A stretch of DNA of 55,814 nt, counting the filler, from Circinaria calcarea (taxonomy: Eukaryota): the NCBI GenBank assembly GCA_051942165.1. It is 6 parts of 6 records of this genome, joined end to end, with 100 filler letters (N's around TTAATTAATTAA, not from the genome) between each part and the next. Parts side by side here need not be neighbours in the genome. Positions count along the whole stretch, not along the records: positions 46,607 to 55,814 come from JAVECS010000963.1; 5 more parts are not named here. One strand, written 5' to 3'. How positions within the stretch are numbered: position 1 is the first letter of the stretch; every line of letters begins with the position of its first letter. Below are positions 49,027 through 55,814 of this stretch, in pieces. The notes under the pieces were generated by a model that saw only the letters and a list, made by a program, of their open reading frames with translations, ran no database searches and was not told the DNA's origin. The position numbers and the translations under genes were made by a program.

Positions 49027-50580
49027 TGCTGGTGGCGCTGAGGTTGAGAATCATTGATCGATCCATTGTCTTGTTGAGGCGCAGCCTTGGGACAGCGTTC
49101 CTGGTGAGGCAGATTCACGGGTCGTGGCAGCGAGGTGTTTCAGTTTCCACTTCCGCGTTAGGTAATGTGGTTAGTGACTGTATTACAAGGTCCCATTTCA
49201 TGAGCAGTATCCTAATTATAGCGATAACTGTCGATCAATGATAGGATCGACTTCTTGCTTCCTGTAGGTGATAGTACCACGTTCGAATAAACATATGGTG
49301 GTGACACGACACGAACTCGCCTTAACCCGGGATAATATCATTCTAGGCAGGAGGCTAGACCCAAAGCGGAGATAAAAACTCCGCTGGTAATTGCAGCCCG
49401 AGGTCTGCAGGCCAAAAACGGGAACAATTTGGGGAGCTGGCTTGCACAAACACGCTCAGCCTCAATTCCGAGGCGTCTTCACCCTCAACTCAGGTCAAAG
49501 CAGCAGTAGCTCAGATTAATGACCGTAAATAGAACTAGGAGACAAAAATTCTTACGTTCCGCTATGGAGGCAATCGTGGGGGTGGAGTTTGGATTCCATT
49601 AGATTGGACTGGACTGGACTGTCGGGGATATATGGATTGCGCAATGTCTAGTTTAAGACTTGAGATTCAAGGGACGGGTTTTGAGACTTACCCTTACCAC
49701 AGGCCTATTGATTGATAACTAAAGCGAATTTGAGACTGTAAAATCATAATTTGGCAATTCCAATCGTCCAGACGTGTGGATCGGCGAATTAGTGTTGGCA
49801 CTAGGAAAGGGTGTGGAGATGGTGCGTTTTCTATAGGTTTGAGATTAGGACAGGATGTGTGTTGGATGAAAGTTGACGAGGTATTGCAGTGGCAAGAGAT
49901 TTGGCAAGGGGGATTGATGGATGAGATAAGGTGGGAGATGATTATATCTCAGAGGAGGAGGAGGAGGAGGAGGAGATGTCAGTGAGACCAGGGGTATACT
50001 TATGTGAGAATGAAGGGGTGATTAGGGAGGGTTGGGAATGTGATAAAGGGGCGAGATGGGGGATGGAGTGGCAGAGGATTGACCGAGCAAGGAACCGTGA
50101 TATGATTGGGTCCAGTACTGGTGGCTGGTTGCTATAACCCACACAATTCGAAACTTGGGGGTTAATTTTCGTAAGGTAAGTCATTTTAGTTGGTTTATAT
50201 GGCAGGCTAGTGAGTTTGGAGAAAAATTGAACTTGAATAGCTGCATAAGAATAACGAAAGTGATATTCTTGCTAACAGGAACTCCGAGAGCGAGACTATG
50301 TATTCTGTGTGTACTTAATGTAAGGGGTCAAATGTCACAGATACCCAGAACAGTAAGAGATCCGTAATTCATAAAGAAGGGACAAGCGGCTACCGACAAG
50401 CCGTATTCATAGTAATGCTGTTCTCGTAGCAAGGAGTCGACCGCTGTGGAGCATAGCGAGGATGGCGAGTTTGGTGGCAACAGAGCCGTGTAGCAGTTGC
50501 GTATACGAAAGCGTAGTCGAATCCCTTGTTACTCCTTTTCGGAATCTGATGTCTAGGATAATGCATCCAGGTCTCATTCA

Positions 50581-53500
50581 TTATCCATCTTCCTCGACTA
50601 TCTCGTCACTTTCGTCAGATGCATCCGAAGATGCATAGTCATCCTCATCCATCACCACCCCAATTCGCGAGAGCTGCGCTCTGTCTACGGCTGCTTCCTC
50701 ACGCATAACTTCTCTCATGCGTTGACGCCAATATCCGTTCAGGAAGTTGCCTAAAGGGATTCCAAGTTCTTGATACTTGTCTTCGAATTCGACGATCAAT
50801 GCTTCTAGTTTCTCAACCCGCTCTTCTTGTTCTTGTCTGATTTCTTCTCTATCTTCTTCATCGTCGAGCTCTACGATGACCTTCGTGGAGATTCTTAGGG
50901 CGTTGTCATGGAAGTATTCTAACGTACAGCATGTATGCTTAAGTTGGAACCTTTCAAAAGTGATGATGCGAAACATCTCCGATCGTAGCCATGACATCTG
51001 TGGTTCTTCGATATCGAGTATCACGGCTAAATATTGGAGGCAATCCAACCACGCCTTTCGTGCCCTCGACGAGACCTTTCTAGGACCATAATAGATACTC
51101 AAACGTGTCGAAGGGTACTTAATCATCACTGTGAACGCTAGGCAGCCTCCTGATGAGCAAGCACAACAACAAGCGTCCCGTGTGGTATCGCCGAGGATGT
51201 CACATATTAATGTTGATGAGCCGTTGTCCAGAGATAGCAACCGTTTACGGATATCATTCTCCCTCTCAGTAACTATCCAGTCACCTAAATAATTCCCGAT
51301 ATAGTGCGAGGCTGTCATGCTAGATGTGGTATCTGTTCGTTGAATTTCTTCCCGCCGCCAGCGACCCCGCTGCCAGCGGTCAGTTCCAATCTCGACTTTT
51401 CGAAATGCGTAACGCTGTAGGCTATGCAGGTTTGCTCCGTTGGTCAAGAACCAACCCAGCAATTGTAAGAATTCTAAAAGGCCGAGGGCGTTCGGATGGT
51501 ATTCACCGGGATACTTTCTCCGTTCAACTGCTTGATGCATCAGCGGAGATAGTCCAAGCGAGTCTAATGCATTAACATCACGAAATCCCGCTTCCCATAG
51601 TAATCGTGCCTGTCTTAGGTTTAAGTAACGTATATGATAAACGGTTTGACCCAGAGGCTCCATCGAGAGTAAAGACTGAGGAACGGGTATTTCAATATCT
51701 TCTAGCATTGCAACAGCAAGATGGGCTTTATGATCAAGGAGTTTATCTGACGACATGTCGAGCCTCCCGATTGAAGATGGAGGTAGAGAAGTTTTCACCA
51801 GATTACCCAATCTTTGACGTCTTTCACGGAACAGGGAAATCACGTAATCGACTGTTGCCTCGGAATTTTTCACTAACGCTTGTGGGGAACAATCGTACCA
51901 ATGACAAAACTCATCCATCATACTATAATGCAGAAGAGTACTGTAATCTGATACGCGGGAGGGCCAAGGAAAATGTAGGCAACAATCTGCTTGCGTTAGG
52001 AGACGAATTGGTTCAAGTAGGTGCCGGCCGAAACCATAAACAACCGGCGTATGTCCATTCCAATCTGCAGCATCAACGTTTGCAGACGTGTTGAGCAAGA
52101 TTTGTATGCCCTCTGGCCAATCTATGCTCAAGTGAAGAGGGGTCTGGCCAAGTAAGTTGGGGATATCGATTAAATGGGGTGAACATTCGATGGCTTTTTT
52201 AAGAAGGCACGCAGACTGGGTAAGAACAGCTTGGCTGATTTCGTTGCAACCTACAGCTACACAATGTCATCAAATCGTTTAAACATATGGGATGATTAAA
52301 CCATGTTTACCTTCGAGAATGTCCGGGAATCGGGCGAACTCGGGAGCTAGCCACACCCATGTTCCGTATTCTACAGCTTGGCGAAACTCCGTGGTCAGCG
52401 GTGGGAGCTCAGCCCCAAGATCAACCATCTTAAGATTCAGTTTAGTGAGTAGCGAATTCCACATGATAACGTTACGGTAGCCTGAGTACTGTCCAACTAG
52501 TTCGCTGAGGCATGTTCTGTCGGAAGTAGTTAATTCACCAACCTTGTTTGTGCAAATATCGAGATCCTCACCGGCTTTCTGCATTGCTTCTGTTAAGAGG
52601 AACACCCAACTCTCGAATTCCTTTAAGAAATTCAAAGTAGGCCTCAAGGATATCCATGTCCATAGATACGGCGCCATATTTGAAGGTACCCTGAAAAACT
52701 TTACAAGCTTTCTGGGTTATAATCAGTAACAGTACAATACAAGGTAGAGCGTTACCAACATGCAGCACAGTATTACCGTCTTGATCAGTATCGTGTGGCG
52801 ATGCTTTACGTTCAGAGTACAAACGGGACAATTGCTGCAATCGAATGTTGTATGTTTGCTGCATGTCATTTACGGTGGTATCTCTCGTGAAGCGAATATT
52901 GAGGAGTGCAAACGCTGGCGCTGTGGAGGGTACCACCGGACTAAATGTCAGGCTTGGGCTAATGGAGAAGCCGCCTGCTCCACGGGTCATCGAAATCGAG
53001 GCTCTTATTGCGCCCATCAGGAGTGTTCCGCAATAAGATATACTCATCCCAACAAGTCGCTCACTTTCAATCTCGTCATAGAGAGGGCAATCTCGACGAT
53101 GAATCCGTAGACTGGAATGTAAGTTGGCATTCCATGAGTTTTTCGTGGATCTGTCATCCCAGCGGTATCGCTGTGCTTTTCTTAGACTACCGTAATTAGA
53201 TTGCGTACGACAAAGGCAGCCTCGCTGACGGGCTCTAGAGGAACCGACGATTGAAGACTCTCGTTGATGCTTCTCCTCGATTGTTGAATGAAGAAGACCT
53301 GGGCTTTGAACTAGCCCTAGCTGGAGATTGACCATGCTCTGGTTCTACTAAGGTGTAAGTCTCATGCTCCTAATTACCCTGCATCTCAAATCACTGACCA
53401 GTTGCTGGAAATCAATACTGTGCTGTGATGCGCCTAGTTGAATTTGGTTCTGGACTTGGTCCATCTGACGCCCGTACTGCTCAAGACGGCCCACTATGGC

Positions 53501-54425
53501 AGCTTCCAGGCTAACTGTTGATTGACTGACTTGCATTTCAATACCAGATGGTTGGTCTAATTTGCAATTGATAGCCTCAAGCTTGGCTTGGAGTTCCTCG
53601 ACTTTAGTGGTTGTGTTAACCGTAGCGGTTTCAATTGACGCCAAGGTGCTGCCTTGTTTGACCTGGTTATATCTGCGTAAGAATATTAGTGGCTTGAGGA
53701 TAATATATTAGATGAGAAGAATAGGCAACATTCCACCGGTTGTTATCTAATAGACAACAAAAGGGGAACCCATATTAACCTAAAACTAGATTAATGGGAC
53801 AAGAGAGTAAATAGCATACATAAGAGGGCATTCGTCATAGTTAAAGAAATTACTGCATAATAGGTTTTTGACTAGCTATGGTTAGTAGTAGCTATATTAG
53901 AAGTATGGCTATAAACAGAATATCTCTGAAATAATATATTCAGAGATTATAAAACGTGAAGACGTGAACATCTACTCACAATACAAGCACTTGGACAGCA
54001 CTGTCTAGGTTCGCCTGTAGGTCCGTCACAGCACTTCGTAACTCTTTCAGAACGTCTTTACGAAAAGGGTATAAACTTTGTTGCTTGAAATTCCGCAATG
54101 ATTCTCGGAAGCTGGCTGGTGTCCCAAGCGTCTCGAACTTAGTCAATGCTGCCTGTAACTTGCCTAAGCCATTGTTGCTAGATGAGATTTGTCTGTAGAC
54201 AGTCTGCAGTACTGATAAAGCGCTCGGGTCCGAGACTCCAATCTTTGGCATTATATCCTGCAATGTCTCTAGAGTGAGTCGAAGGCCACCGAGCTTTTCC
54301 GACGCATCGCCCATGTCCTTATCATGCGATTTCCATGCATTGCAGTACGAAACTAAACCTTGGCAAACCTGAATACCCAGAGAGATGACGCCCACAGCGC
54401 CCGCAGCAGCACCGAAGTCGGCCAT
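50581..54425 (-). CDS. Multi-exon protein: N-terminal HeLo-like/fungal STAND N-terminal helical domain, ankyrin repeats, Cys-rich and acidic C-terminus
   Basis: MADFGAAAGAVGVISLGIQVCQGLVSYCNAWK is a HeLo-like N-terminus. Ankyrin motifs: DQDGNTVLH, NLLGQTPLHL, DWNGHTPV, DSLGLSPL. Also CCCACSSGGC and LKHTCC. Exons join via GT-AG introns. Confidence 0.75.
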
Positions 54426-55814
54426 GGTCTAGCTAAAGCAAAGTGAGTTTTCACTAACTTGAAAGACGGGACTTCTGGTTACAGAAATGTAGGCTCGACC
54501 TCGATCGGGAATAGACAGTTTGTAGTTAACCAGATGATGCCCACTCTTTCGGTATCTCAGCCGCAACCGTATCCCACCCAGGTGACGTGCATTTGATTGA
54601 CTTGCTCGTATATGTTACTAGTAATGGAAAGGCAGGATGGGAGAGCAGGATGGGAGAAGGTAAGAGAGACGGAAGAATTGTGCAGAAAACTCCTTCGCAT
54701 TGCTCCGCAGTCAGAAGCTGAGCCCCGCCCAGCTCTGCAGCGCATCTCTATCCCCATTGGCCATAGCCTAGCGTTACACGAAAGACCTGGCAAGGCAAAT
54801 GTCAACAAGGCTGAACGAGGCTTTCTTTGATGATGGGTTAAAGACGAACGCCTTTTGCCAATCGGCAACCGGAGGCACTTTAATGCCGAGCAAAATAAAC
54901 AATCCCTCCAAATCGTCAACATCTCAACCATCTTCCTGTCGAACATGCAATATGTGTCGTGGCATTTATGCTATGTACGAGTGTGTAACTAATCTATCTA
55001 TGCAGCGAAAAAGTGCTTTTGTGATATGTATGGAAGTGTTGAGCATGGACCTCCTATGCAAGACATGCCTCGGTAAGCCCTATGACTTCCAACACTTTCA
55101 TCACGTTCGAGCACGTCAACGCGATCCTTACAAACTCTACCCCCTGGATCCTCCTTGCTCCAATCAGCCCTCACAACTTCAATCACCACCCCTATATTCT
55201 AGAGAAAAATAATAAAGCGCTGAGACGTATTCCACCAACCCTGAATTCAAGATTCGAGATAGGCGGATCGTCCACTGCTGAATAGTATAACCTATATCGA
55301 AGACTAACACCGCAGGCTTTTCATACAGTGCCATATGCCAGCTACTTGTAAACCCCGATCATGGAATCTCTCGACGTTCCAACGGGCCTTCCGTCACCTT
55401 CGGAGGGGGCAGTACTTTATCCGACCTCTTTCTCAGGGGATGGAAAGTTTAGCGGGGACTGTGGAACAGAAGAGGCGTTACTTGAGTAGGGTGATCAAGC
55501 GAGCAATTTGCAGATGGTCGTCTAGATATGGGTTCGGGGAGGGAGGCCTTTGACAGTAGAGATGGCTTTTGTATCAAATCTATTGTGTGGTTGATGCATG
55601 CTAGATAAGCCAAGTCTATCTATTCTATAATCTCCAGCTCTGGCATTCTCATTAATGCATGCCGATACAACATCTCACCTTCCCAAAAGCCCTCTTATAG
55701 TTTCCAATCTAATCCCTAACTCCCCCCAAACCCCTCCAAATCATACTCTCATCCCCTACCAAACCCCGGACGACCATCACATCTCCTCCAGCTCGGCCTC
55801 CAGAGATAGAAACT

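Overview
Eukaryotic DNA from a filamentous ascomycete (Pezizomycotina), judged from short GT-AG introns with CTAAC/CTGAC branch sites, HET genes and RIP-like AT-rich relics. The window is not one locus. It is six ~9.2-kb contigs, ordered by decreasing length and joined by artificial N44-TTAATTAATTAA-N44 linkers. Conserved genes: pirin (partial), a PPR-like mitochondrial protein, COX7, DUF1682/CCDC47 (partial), BDP1, BRE1, an MBOAT/wax-synthase-type acyltransferase, RIX1 and YPP1/Rhf1 (partial). Accessory content: two stop-interrupted HET genes, a MYND-finger gene split by one in-frame TAA, an alpha/beta hydrolase, a CorA-like protein, a HeLo-like/ankyrin protein, solo LTRs, a MITE and TIR fragments. 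Two regions stand out. (i) Contig 37295-46506 lies between two ends of the same TIR element and holds a JmjC demethylase relic facing a chromodomain+AT-hook gene, a PD-(D/E)XK-like+AT-hook gene, and gene fragments (dynamin-like, GH31). (ii) A diverged ~155-bp-arm intergenic inverted repeat at 1203-1747 could form a long hairpin RNA. All family assignments are from recognising motifs by eye; no searches were run.
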